Below are positions 1 through 12,475 of a DNA stretch of 64,000 bases, piece after piece. The position numbers and the translations under genes were made by a program. Origin of the DNA: Octopus vulgaris (Eukaryota). Position 1 is the stretch's first letter; every line of letters begins with the position of its first letter. The stretch lies in the NCBI GenBank assembly GCA_951406725.2, contig OX597829.1:26846001-26910000 (forward strand), written 5' to 3'. Under the pieces are notes generated by a model. The model did not search any database. It saw only the letters and a list, made by a program, of their open reading frames with translations, and was not told where the DNA came from.

Positions 1-1461
1 ATCAGCAATGTATATAAACAACATCCAATAATTTGGTTGATATTGGTGACATTTAAGACAATAAATGAAATTTCTGATGGTACAGGCGAAATGGTGAGAG
101 ATAAGAAAGTGATGTTGAGTCCAAAGAGTGGAATAATGTTATAGATATTAGAGCATATGTTGCATTGAGCTCAGGAGCAGAGGAAAGATCCAGGTTGAGT
201 GCTAGGAAGGCTTCAAGAGCTACAAACTGGTCGTGCAAATTGGAGTATGTTTGAAAAATAGTAGAGGACATTCCCAGAATAAGGGTGAGGTAGTAGGAGA
301 TGGGAAATGTGCAAGATGGACATCGAAAAGATGAGGAGCAAGGACAGGCAATAAAGAGCAGAGATTCGATCAGTGTTATGGGTATAGAGGTGGGTATTAT
401 TGGCAATATTCTGGGGTTAACCACAATGCACAAACTAGAAGGCCATCAGCTGAGATTGGGTCTCTACAGAGTTTGCAAATTTGTCAAAATTATGAATAGG
501 GGATGGAAAATATAGAGTGCTTGCAGTGGGAAGAGACAAAATGAGGTAAAAGAGGGAGTCAGTTTACAGAAAACATGTAGAGAGGGAGAGGTTTAATAGT
601 CAATTGTGACAAGGAAATTGATAGGTAACTCTGTGAAAGTGTTGCTTTAATTTTTGAGCATTTAAACTGGCCCAAAATTCTATCTGTTCTATGTTCATAT
701 CAGCTAGATCTGGTCTCTTACACCAACCCAACAACATCATTATAGAAACAATTACACTATCGAAATATTCAGGCAACAAGATAATGCATGGTTAATTCAA
801 AATGATGTAAATAAATAAGTGTTATGTTCAAGCATTCACATTAAATTAATGTGGATGCTCAAAAGTTGAAAAACCAGAATGGTTCCCTAAGAGACATTAC
901 GGACATTGGTAACAGCATCCAGGTTTACAAAATGACCTGGAGGTTGCATCCAGTGAGGGGCAGTAAAACCATCAGGAGTGACACTGGTGTACCAGTGCTG
1001 CATAAATGTAACCATGCTGGTGGTATGTGAAAACACCCAGCACAGTCTGTGAAGTTGTTCATGTTAGGAAGAGCATTTCATCATAGAAACCATAACAAGA
1101 CAGACAACTGGAGTCTGAACAGCTCCCCAGCTGACCAACTCCAGTCAAACTGCCCAACCCTTGCCAGCATTGAAAACAAGTTAAATGATGATGATAATGA
1201 TAGCAACTGTTTGATCTCTGTTCAGGTCTAAAATATGGGAACACAAAAGATGAGGACTATGAACTCGATGCCTCTAGAAGGAAGTGAGCATTTCAGCTTC
1301 AGAAAGTAATAGGTCAAGAAATAACAACACCTTTGTTGAAATACACTGCCTTCATTTCAATTAATTTTGAAAATAATGAAGAATATGGTAAAATAACTTT
1401 GTTGTCATTTTAAGCTAATGTTTGAGACAAATTAACATGCAATTTTGATGAAAATTTTAAT

Positions 1462-1823
1462 TTATTCTTTTACTTGTTTCAGTCATATCTGTGGCAATGC
1501 TGGAGCACCACCTTTAGTCGAATAAATCGATCCCAGGACTTATTCTTTGTAAGCCTAGTACATATTATATCATTCTCTTTTTGTCAAACTGCTAAGTGAC
1601 GGGGGTGTAAACACACCAACATCGGTTGTCAAGCAATGGAGGACAAACACAGATACAAACAGGCTTCTTTCAGTTTCTGTCAACCAAATCCACTCCCAAG
1701 GCTTTGGTTGGCTCGAGGCTATGCTAGAAGACACTTTCCCAAGATACCACGCAGTTGGACTAAACCCGAAATCATGTGGTTGGGAAGCAAGCTTCTTACC
1801 ACACAGCCACTTCTGTGTCTATG
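1462..1823 (-). mobile_element. tRNA-derived SINE family A, nested in a MITE family D copy
   Basis: Reverse complement of the 4697 copy. Confidence 0.85.
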
Positions 1824-2070
1824 TTAATTTAAAAACCAAAAGTTTGTCTTGTAGAACCAGGCACAGTTTCAGGTAGGTTGGTATCAAAGGGGGTAAACAA
1901 GTGAATCATTCAAATACAAACATGCTACTAAACTTTTTTTTTAGTTGAGTCTAGAGGAAAGGGTATTGCCTTTGATGTTAACAGGTGCTCCAAGTGAAGT
2001 GACTGAATGGGAGATAGATTCTTTGACGATACCAGTATAAACTGCCTAATTTATCAAATCAATTAGAATG

Positions 2071-2282
2071 TATGGGAGGGTGCTGAAAAGCTTCTAGTTT
2101 TGGGTAAAAGAAAATACAGAAGGATCAGTTAATTATGATTCAACATATCCCCCTCTCAGATTCACACACATTGCAGCAGTCTTTCAGTTTTTCTAATCCT
2201 GTAAAAGAGCTCAAAAGCTGGGCTTCCAACCAGGCCTTTTATGATACTCTTAAAGCCAGGGACTTTTCAAAAATTCCTCGTA
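2071..2282. mobile_element. Tc1/mariner-type MITE
   Basis: Imperfect TIRs tatgggagggtgctgaaaag...ctt ttcaaaaattcctcgta with TA ends. Confidence 0.6.
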
Positions 2283-2658
2283 ATTCTAGACAAGGAAAAA
2301 ATATAAATCAGAGTCCTTAACTACATGGTTTGGGGTTCAGTTTCACATTGAAGCACCTCATGCAAGTGTCTTCTACTGGTCTAACAATAACTTGTGAGTT
2401 AATTTCTATCACAAACCGTGTGGAAGCCCATTGCATATATATGTGTATTGATCTCTCACTGCTTAACAACCAGTGTTGGTTTATTTAAGTCCCTGTAACT
2501 AAGATTTTCGTTCAGCAAAAGAGACTTAAAAATAAAGAATTCCGGGTGTCAATTTGAGTAAAAAGCTCTTCAAGGTAATGCTCCGGTATGGTCATGGTCC
2601 AACAGCTGAAACAAAAGAATAAACAAACAAAAAACAAAAACAACTTGTAGACAACAAA

Positions 2659-2664
2659 TTTATT
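2659..2664 (-). promoter_or_regulatory. Candidate distal polyadenylation signal with GU/U-rich downstream element
   Basis: Minus strand reads AATAAA tttgttgtctacaagttgtttttgttttttgtttgttt. Confidence 0.35.
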
Positions 2665-2945
2665 CCAAATTTGGAAGAATGCAACAGATGTGCATACAAG
2701 TAAGATTATGATGTATCAATAGTACAGACTGGCCTTTTTTAGTGTATAGAAATCGGGAAATGTGGGCCACATTACCTGTAGACTATCAATTATATATAAT
2801 TATACATATATAATATATTCAAAATTTTTTTTTTTTATGTCAACAGTCAAAAGTTTTAATATTTGTGATGTAATTTTTTTTCTTTCATATTTTTTTTCCT
2901 TTTTCCAAATAAAGAAGATATTTTCTCCGACATTTTCTCAAATAG

Positions 2946-2954
<9 letters not shown>

Positions 2955-3010
<56 letters not shown>
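2955..3010. repeat. (TA)n microsatellite; others at ~8130-8183, 9080-9111, 20830-20867, 21348-21389, 49811-49864, 50738-50771, 53058-53100
   Basis: Read directly from the sequence. Confidence 0.95.
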
Positions 3011-4372
3011 AAGAAGACATTTCCAATTTAACTTCCATATAAAGAAGATAAACAAAAACAAAAAAATATTTGCATATTCCAAGGCACTAAGATGATGACT
3101 GAACCCAAATAAATTCTTCAAAAAAATTTTTAAAAATAAAAAAAAACATTGTTTCAAGTACTTGACGAACATGAACCATAATTTAACATAATATTCCACA
3201 ACTACATACAATAGTCATTCCTTCTTATTCCCTGATGTATTTCATGAGGTTAATCAATAATATAATTTTGTAATTCAGTTGAAAAAAAAAAAGTATCTAA
3301 AAAGTGTTTAAAAAACAAAATAATATAATTTTGTTAGTGTCATTTGTACAGATTTCTGCAGATACATCTTAAACTGATGAAGATTGGTTGTTTTACATCT
3401 GTTTTCCCATGTTGGCATGGGTTAGACAATTACATATCACTGAGACACAGTTTTACAACAAGGTTTCCTTCTGGACACAAAATCCTTACCAGTTTTTCCA
3501 ATAAAGGATTTTCATTTACTCCACATGCCTTTGAAAATCCAAAAACAACAGATGACTGATTGACAAAGAATGACAACAAGCTTTGTTGTTTGTAGCTCAT
3601 GGCACAATATAAACTTTCACACACACACATAAAAGGCATTATACAGTTTTCCTTTACTAAATGCACTCACAAGACAATGATTGGCCGTAGAAGACACTAA
3701 CAAGGTACTGCACAGAGACTAATCCTAAAACTGTGTAGCTGAATAGTAAGCATCCTAACCATATACCTATGTCCTGCATACTTAACTTTCAGAGTCTCCA
3801 TGCTAAGTAACGCTTTCGTTACCAAACTGGCTCTGTAGTACAAATGTCTTGTTTTCAAAAGTTCTGAATTAAAATCTTCCCCCAAACTTTAGTCACAATT
3901 TATATTCCTTACACCAGCTTAATGATAGCTACTAAATTCTTTGTTATATTTAAAGTAATTGAAAGAAACACAGAGCATCTCAAAATAAATACAGTAACGA
4001 AAGGGTTAAAGAGAAAAAATATAGAGTAGAGAGGTGTCTTGAAATTTACATAGATTATATAATCTCATAATATAATTACCAATGTTTGTGTACTTTCAAT
4101 GTGGTGTTTTTTCTGGATAAAACTTGATTATAGTTCAGTATATATGCTGTGGAACCACATCAGTGACATGGTTACAGTTGGTGCAACAAATATTCTGACA
4201 CCAAATAATAAGTGAGCAGTTTTTGTGTGTTCTTGAAGGACTTAACATGTCTTCCATGCTGTAACTGTTTTAGTTTCAACACAGAGTTTCAGATCAAACC
4301 ACCTGCCTTGCAAGTACAACTTTGAAATTTTATATATAATATATTTTCTGTCTATGACCATGCATGCATACA

Positions 4373-4403
<31 letters not shown>

Positions 4404-4696
4404 CGGTTTTAAATTTTAGGACAAGGCCAGCAATTTCAGGGGAGAGCTTAAGTTGATTACATTAACCCCAATACACAACTGGTACTTATCTTATCAACCC
4501 CAAAAAGATGAAAGGTGAAGTAAACCCCAAGTGGCATTTGAACTCAGGATGAAAAATCATACATACAAACTTATTGAAAAGTGGTTAAAAGTTTCCATAG
4601 AAGTTGTATTATATAAACAGAAAATGATTGAAAATGCAAAATAACATTAAAACAATTATATTTTTTAGACAAACTAAAAAAAAAAATAAAATAAAT

Positions 4697-4879
4697 GTAG
4701 GAGTGTTTGTGTGGTAAGTAGCTTGCTTACGAACCACATGGTTCCGGGTTCAGTCCCACTGCGTGGCACCTTGGGAAAGTGTCTTCTGCTATAGCCTCAG
4801 GCTGACCAAAGCCTTGTGAGTGGATTTGGTAGATGGAAATTGAAAGAAGCCTGTCGTATACATGTATAGATATATGTAT

Positions 4880-4923
<44 letters not shown>

Positions 4924-5124
4924 CTCTGTGTGTCTGTGTTTGTCCCCTCAACATCACTTGACAACCGATGCTGGTGTGTTTACATCCCCGTAACTTAGCA
5001 GTTCGGCAAAAGAGACCGATAGAATAAGTACTAGGCTAACAAAGCCCTGGGGTCGATTTGCTTGACTAAAGGCGGTGCTCCAGCATGGCCACAACCAAAT
5101 GACTGAAACTAGTAAAAGAGTAAA
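4697..5124 (+). mobile_element. tRNA-derived SINE family A with internal (TG)n
   Basis: A-box-like TGTGTGGTAA, B-box GGTTCAGTCC, tail gactgaaac..taaaagagtaaa; at least 5 full copies in the window. Confidence 0.88.
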
Positions 5125-5937
5125 GATTATTAGTTCATTTATATATATTAGATCTTTCTACTTGAACCAATTTCACTTATCCAAGGAGCTTATCAAAGAA
5201 AAACAAGAATGTAGCTACAATAGTTGAATTACATTGAGGTGAATTTGGAGCTGGAGGGGGTCAGGTTACAAGACAAAAAGTGTTCAGTAAAGAATTGCTT
5301 TTTTTGTCTTATAATTTTTCTTAGAAGATTACATCTAATTTAATGTTATTGTGCATTTTCATCCAAGTTTTATTTATATAACCTAGAAGTACAATTTAAA
5401 ATATATTACAAACAAAGAATGTAAATTTAATATATTACAAAAGAACAAATTAAAAAAATGAGATTACTGTTTCTAATTTATGCGCAGGGTCAGCATTTTG
5501 GAGAGGAGGGGTTTAGTCAATCACACTAACTCAGGTTCTCGGAGGGATGAAAGATAAAGTTAGCTACGGCAGGATCAAAAGGAGCAATAAAATGAGAGGA
5601 TACACAAAAATATTCATCTAACAACCTTTCAAACACTAATGATGGTAGTGGTGGTGGTTGAGGGGATTCTTTCTTCTGTTTTTTGTTTTTTTTCTTCTGT
5701 AAAGCTGAAATGCCTTTGCTAGAGTTAAAATACTGCAATAAATAATTTTAATGTTTTAGGTCTGTCATGAGCTTTAGGATTCATTGGACCAGAGATTAAC
5801 TCAGTTTCTATAGAGTGTAAGTGACTGAAATTACAACAATTTCCACGGAATGGGACAATAGTATGTTACAGGAGTAACTTCCTAGCTATTGATGGAACTC
5901 ATTTACAGCTGAGCAGACAAGAGTGGTGTGAACTGAA

Positions 5938-6290
5938 GTCATCATCATCGTTTAATGCCCGCTTTCCATGCTAGCATGGGTGGGACGATTTGACCGAGCA
6001 CTGGCGAACCAGATGGCTGTACCAGGCTCCAATCTGATCTGGCAGAGTTGATACAGCTGGATGCCCTTCCTGACACCAACCACTACGAGAGTGTAGTGGG
6101 TGCTTTTACGTGCCACTGGCATGAGGGCCAGTCAGGCGGTACTGGCAATGGTGTTTTTTACATGCCATCTGCACAGGAGCCAGTCCACTGGCAACAAAAT
6201 CACTCAAAATGTTTTTTCAAATGCCACGGGCACAAATGTCAGTAAGGTGATGCTGGTAACGCCTTACTGGCACTTGTGCCAGTGGCATGT
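5938..6290 (-). mobile_element. Family B repeat (RTE-type 3' tail, (GAT)n end)
   Basis: catcatcatcgtttaa...ctggatgcccttcct...gtgccac modules. Confidence 0.8.
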
Positions 6291-7403
6291 GAAGTGTTTT
6301 AGACAATAACACATTGCACCATCCACTCCCGGAATCAAAACTATGATCTTATGATGGTGAATACAACACTCAAACCATTAAGCTATACACCTTCAATTTC
6401 AATGTTTAGATAATATTAATAGAAAATGCTTAACCTTTAAATAAATGACTTAAAATAAAAAAAAAAAACAATATTATATAATATATTATGATTATATTTA
6501 ACTCTTAATTTTAATATCAGAAATATTAGAAAAAAAAATACTTTAAAACAAGAACATAAATTTAAGTCAGAATACAAATTATGTGAGATTTTTGTACAAC
6601 CCCGAGCATGTCTAATAAAACAGGCATGGTGTATGGTTAAGAACTTTACTTCACAATCACCTGGATTCAGGTTCAATCTCATTGCACAGTACCTTGATTA
6701 AGAGTTTCTACCATAGTTTCAGGTTGATTAATACCTTATGAGTGGAATTTGGTAGACAGTAACTACACAGAAGCTTTACTATTCACACACACACACACTC
6801 TCTCTCTCTCTCACACACACTAACACAAAGTGCAATTTAAGCTTAAACTGCATGACAACCAGTATTTAGAACCCATGTGCATTCCTAATTACGTTATCGT
6901 ACTTCTGTCATTTAGTATGAATTCAGTGTTTTGAAGTACCATAGAGTACGAGAAGAAAATGAAACAAAACATGAGAGATTGATGATTGCTTATATTTAGT
7001 TACACCATCTTACATAGGTTTCATTAACAAAAAAATGATAATTAGTTACATAAACATCCAATATATTATATATAACATTACTGGACTGTTGAAATGTCAA
7101 CAGAAGTAACCACCATAAGGACAGCTACACAGTTGCTCACTATCCTTATGATAGCTACTTGTCAACAATTCAATCTAGTAATGTTATCTATAAAGATTAC
7201 ATGTCTCTGAAGATTTGACAATATGCTTTCATTACGTAATTTACAATATATAACCAATAATCATATTTTACTAAACATACGCAAGATGGGAAAACTAAAT
7301 ATCTTGTAAATAATCTCCTGGTTTGCTTTATTTCACACACACACACACACACATACTTTTAAGTTTCAGTCCATGCTGGAGCATGTTAGTGAAGAGGTTT
7401 ATA

Positions 7404-7568
7404 TGATATTTTACTTTAGTCAAGTCAGTTTCTTCTTAATCTAAATTTCACTTGTGGGTGCACATGGGTCTTCAGACAAGTTATGACTTAATCTGCCTTA
7501 AGACCCTGTGCACCCACAGGTGAAACTCAAGAGTAGCAACAGACTGATGTGACCAAAATAAAATATCA
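7404..7568. mobile_element. Fold-back (inverted pLTR-like) element carrying a hammerhead in each arm
   Basis: tgatattttactttagtca...tgaccaaaataaaatatca inverted arms with HHR motifs. Confidence 0.55.
7494..7538 (+). ncRNA. Minimal type-I hammerhead motif with one core mutation (CTTAAGA)
   Basis: tgc-CTTAAGA-c cctgtg cacc cacagg t-GAAA-ctc aa gag-TA-gca; the inverted sister arm keeps CTGAAGA. Confidence 0.6.
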
Positions 7569-8126
7569 ATCCCTACTATGCGTGCATGTGTGTGTGTGTG
7601 AATGCATGTGAATATCTTTCATGAAAATAAATTGGTAAAGAAATCAGCAAAAAAGTGCTAAGAGTAAAGGTATTAGCCCATTCCACTTTCATTGCCATAA
7701 GAGCGATGAATCAGTGACTGACCTTCAGAAACCTGTAACAGATGACAACCTTGTTCCCAATCACAAAAAAAAAAATAAATATATATAAATAAATAAATAA
7801 AGTTCTCATTGACTCTTTGGCAATGGAGTTGGTGCAAAGGGGTTAAGAGATGAGTCAAATGAAAAAAAACAATATCTGTCCAGACTACTGAAGCCGATAT
7901 ACTCCCATGGAATATGATGCAGGGCTGTTAATAATACACCAAGGCTTAAATCAATTGACTATCCATCTTTTAATTTATTATTTTTAAAAACTGAGAATTT
8001 GGCTTATATATATAAATGTTCAATACAAATTATTTTTAGAAATGAAAAAAAGATATAATTCAAAACATTAAAAAAAAATATGTAACGTATTCTTCCTTGA
8101 AAATTTTTACATTAAAAAGCCTTTCA

Positions 8127-8202
<76 letters not shown>

Positions 8203-8425
8203 TGTATATTTAGCCAAGAAATTTATAAACAAAAACAATTTCAAACCAAACTTAAGTATCAAGTTTGTAACACTGGCAAAAGTAACAAAATTACTCTAAA
8301 TTATGTAACATTGACATAGATTAATAATAATAGTAATAATATTGATGAGAATAATAAAATGATAATGCAGCAATGATAAATATATACCTCTAAGCAACAA
8401 GAATAATAGTAGTTGCAGCAGCAGC

Positions 8426-8469
8426 AATAATAATAATAATAAATAATAATGATAATAATAGTAATAATG

Positions 8470-8500
<31 letters not shown>
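8426..8500. repeat. (AAT)n microsatellite
   Basis: Read directly from the sequence. Confidence 0.9.
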
Positions 8501-8503
<3 letters not shown>

Positions 8504-9075
8504 TTTATCACAGTAGTTAGTACATTATACAAAGGAAACTGGCAAATATTAATATATTTATAATTCAGTTTGGGAATATTTTAATGAGAAGAAAACAGAA
8601 TTTTGTGTCATGGCTTTATAAGGAATTTGGCAGCAAATATCTTTTTCTAAAAAAAATAATAAAAAGTGAAAATATTTCAAAATAAAAAAAATTTCATAAA
8701 ATGTTGACAAAACTCATTTACATGGACAATACAAAAACACACATTCATCAATCAAAAAGAGCAAAATTCAAACAATTTTTATCTTTTGCATATGTATATA
8801 CACACACACACACATAATGTATAGTTTACATCAAAAGAATTTAGAAGCTTCAAGAGATGTGAAATAACTTAACTGATGAACTTGCACTTGATAAATGATA
8901 GCAAGGAAATATTGGGATAAAAGACCCTTTGCAGAGATAAATTCAAAAGATTGCTTCAATCCAATGGTAAAACATCTGGAAGATGTAGGTTCAAGCCCCA
9001 CAGGCAGTCTTCAACTTTTTCTATCCAATAGGTTTTTTTAACCCCATATTTACAGCATTACCCACCTTGAAAATG

Positions 9076-9116
<41 letters not shown>

Positions 9117-9855
9117 TTCGTGGGTGGCTGAAATATTTGTCTCACCATTTCAATAAGACAGATAAGTAAATAAACTGTCTTGCTTTTACCAGCTTGATAA
9201 ATGGTAAACTAAATTACCGTCTCAATAACTGTTTTGATCAGGAAACCCTGGGCCATTGTATTTCACAAGCCTTGTGGGTTTTTATTATATCTTTACTCTC
9301 TTAGCTAAGTGCTATTTTACTTGTTGAAACTTTACCACATATATTACATTATATATATAAACACACATGCATACACACACACACACATGCCTGCATATAT
9401 ATCTAGAATTATTTGGCAAAAGCAACAAAGTACGCAGTGAAACTGTTTGGAGAGTGCAGTAACCAATGTTTTGGACAGAATCTTTCTTCGAGGTCAAGAA
9501 TACACGAGGGAAATAAAAGATTCAGCAAAATTTTGCATCCTCTATGTTTGAGAAACTGGCTGCAAGACAACTTGGATTTGCATACATTGGTAGGAAAAAG
9601 TAGACAAAAGAAGTTAAAAGAAAGAGAAATGTAAAAGGATAAGAAGTGATGAGAGTGAAGTGGAGGGGAAAATGAGGGGGAGGCCGAAGAATGAAAATAG
9701 TACTACTGAATTAAGTGGGGATGTAAGAGTAGAACTTAAAACCTTTATTTAAATCCAGCATTGCCATGGTTCTAAGTTACAATATAAAATGCTGCTCCTT
9801 CAGTTTCCTTGAGTGCACAAATCTATTATGTACAGAGATGGTGCAGACTATAAAT

Positions 9856-10216
9856 CATCATCATCATCATCGTTTAACGTCCGTTCTCCATGCTAGCATG
9901 GGTTGGATGGTTCGACCGGGGATCTGGGAAGCCAGGAGGCTGCACCAGGCTCCAGTCTTATCTGGTAATGTTTCTACAGTTGGATGCCCTTCCTAACGCC
10001 AACCACTCCGTGAGTGTAGTGGGTGCTTTTTACGTGCCACCCGCACAGGTGCCAGGCAAGGCTGGCAACGGCCACGGTCGGATTGGTGCATTTTACGTGC
10101 CACCGGCACAGAAGCCAGTCGTGCCGGTGGCACGTAAAATACATCAATCCAACCGTGGCCGTTGCCAGCCTTGCCTGGCACCTGTGCGGGTGGCACGTAA
10201 CAAGCACCCACTACAC
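9856..10216 (-). mobile_element. Family B repeat ending in a 96-bp fold-back
   Basis: Near-identical to the 27819 copy up to 10120, then inverted. Confidence 0.85.
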
Positions 10217-10289
10217 AAATGGAAAATAGAAACTTGTTTTGTTAGAGTGGGTGGAGACAGGTTAGCCTGGCTTGGAATTTACCTCCACT

Positions 10290-11150
10290 GTATCCAACAC
10301 ATCAGTTTTCTCAACATCTCAATCACTATCAACAATATCCACCTGTCTACTGCAAACCTACAGAATCCCACTTCCATCTCCACAACATTTCTCATCCCAA
10401 GCACACTAAATCTGCTATACCATTCTCTCAATTGATTTGGATTTCAAATTCCAATGTGAATCATGGATAACTTTGGTCACTTGTGGACCTTGCATTCTGC
10501 CAGCTCCTGGGGCATCAACTATGTCCCCACCCACCTTCCTTCTTTATGCACACTTTAAGACTGGATTCTACTCTCTCAATCTCCATTGAAACACAAACTC
10601 ATTCTTAATTTTCAGATCTTATTCTCTAATCCCAGAACCACTGCCATCCGGCTTGCACCATCTATCCTTACCTTTCCAAAAAGGATAGGAACTTCAGCAA
10701 ATTCCCAGTAATACACAACCAAGTATATTTAAATGTGCTCACCATGAGGAAACACCTACTCATACACTAGCAACATTACAACCATCATTGGGTCTAACAC
10801 ATTACTCAGAACTTGTGCATCTTCTGACTGCTGCAAAGTTTGCACATATCTATATGAATATTGCATTATGTGCAAACTTTGCTGCACAATTTACAGTGGG
10901 GGAAAACAAGCTATCACCTTACTGATCACTTTTGTGAGTACATCTGAAGCACTCTCCATGTAAGCTAGATGAACTGGTTCCTCATCCAACTCAGCAGGCC
11001 ATTCCATTACCCCACTTATCAGTGTGTGAAATTTCTGCACATCAGGGATTTGCACACACAAGAAAATAGAATTTTGCATTCAAACTCAGAACCATGGGAG
11101 ACAGATTTACACGAACACTGTTCCATCTACTCTTACACCTCCTGTCAGTT
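10290..11150 (+). mobile_element. Degenerate Penelope-like (probably Neptune-type) retroelement: RT thumb and GIY-YIG endonuclease remnants
   Basis: Frame-shifted peptides ISFLNISITI..YCKPTESH, HPKHTKSAIPFSQ, YCIMCKLCCTIY..GE, LTDHFCEYI, GHSITHLSVC match PLE RT and GIY-YIG motifs. Confidence 0.7.
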
Positions 11151-12032
11151 CAACAATCCCATCCTCATTCTTCAACTCCCCCTCTCACCTCAATTTTTCC
11201 CTTCCCCTTACTTGCCTCTCTTCCTCTATTTCATCTCCCATACTTAATTTCTCTTTCCTACTACTTCCTGTCTACACATGAAATCTTGCACGGTTTTTCA
11301 CAAGCCATCAGTTGCAGCCAGTCACTCAAACATAGAGGACATATAAAATTCTGCTGTCTTCACCCCTCCCCCCACCCCAACCAACAGACGTCTTAACCCA
11401 GAAAAAAGGAGGATGTGAAAATATCTACGTACATATTCATTACATATGTTGATATAAACACACGCACACAGGGAGATATATACATATACAGAGTTTATAT
11501 ACAAGCCTCTTTCTCTCTCATCACTCATTAACACATGCTCGCACACAATAGAGCAGGGGACCAGCAGTATTGTTACAGCATTAGAGTATTATTGCAAAAT
11601 TTATTTAGTCCTTTATACTCTGAGTTTAAATCCTACCATTGTTAATTTTGCTGTTCATCCTTCCAGGTTTGATAAAACAAAAGACTAGTACACAAATTGA
11701 GTACCAGTACCAATTTAATTAACCACCAATCTGTATCAACATTCAATTGGCTAGCATTGCATAGTAGAGCTGAAATCCCTGCTCAACTGTAGGGCTTCTA
11801 TGGCAGGTAGTTATTCAGCACACTGGTTGGCATGCATTATCTAACTTCAACAACATCTATCTGTAACTCCTATATCACTGCCAACAGAACAAATACCCAT
11901 CGTACATTCAAACACACGCCCTGTGTCTGTCTGACTGTCCCTAAAAGTTAGCCCCAATTAAAAAGAGATAGGGTAGAAAAATGAAAACATACTATACAGT
12001 AATATACACACACACACACAAACATACTGTGA

Positions 12033-12063
<31 letters not shown>

Positions 12064-12220
12064 TTACACATGCACACATACACAGAAGCATACTGTGATG
12101 AATATACATACACAAAGTGATATATACATATATGTGTGTGTGTACGCACACACTGACATACACATTTACACATGCATTTATATTATATACACATATACAC
12201 AAATATATACTTTCATTAGT

Positions 12221-12226
12221 TTTATT
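12221..12226 (-). promoter_or_regulatory. Candidate proximal polyadenylation signal AATAAA
   Basis: TTTATT on the + strand about 28 nt past the stop; AT-rich context makes a chance match likely. Confidence 0.3.
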
Positions 12227-12253
12227 GTGAGATAAATAAACATATGTAAAGCT

Positions 12254-12475
12254 TTATAATGGTCGATCTATATTCTTTTCTGAGAAACCAGCTTGCATAA
12301 ATTGTGAAAGTCCTGTCTGTGATTGTTGTAAGCAATTCTTATCAACAATGTTGAAGAACCATTCTGTAAATCTTCGTAACTCTGTAGCAGCTGTTTGAGA
12401 TTCATCTTGGAGTCGTTGATTTTCAGCTCGTAATTTGGTTATTTCAGATTCATACTGAGAATTCTTTTGTTTTTC
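12254..12475 (-). CDS. SIPA1L: SIPA1L terminal coding exon (EKQKN...[27 protein letters not shown]...RPL*)
   Basis: ttacag acceptor, TAA at 12254-12256; conserved ENxRLQxESQxAxxxLxxFTEW C-terminus. Confidence 0.95.
   Translation of the reverse strand, partial: EKQKNSQYESEITKLRAENQRLQDESQTAATELRRFTEWFFNIVDKNCLQQSQTGLSQFMQAGFSEKNIDRPL

Noticed and set aside
53-515. Overlapping 126-aa and 71-aa ORFs at the window start
   Set aside because: No convincing motifs or splice pattern. It may be a very old retroelement RT remnant but is too decayed to call.
2762-3211. YIYI/THTH/poly-Y ORFs throughout the ORF track
   Set aside because: Translations of (TA)n, (CA)n and (AAT)n microsatellites.
9112-9260. 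Minus-strand CTGATCA...GAAA hammerhead-like spacing
   Set aside because: G8 is missing and I found no consistent helices I or III.
9890-10435. 181-aa ORF and the similar MLAWVG... ORFs at 21418 and 27849
   Set aside because: Chance read-through of family B repeats, the fold-back and the PLE remnant; not host genes.
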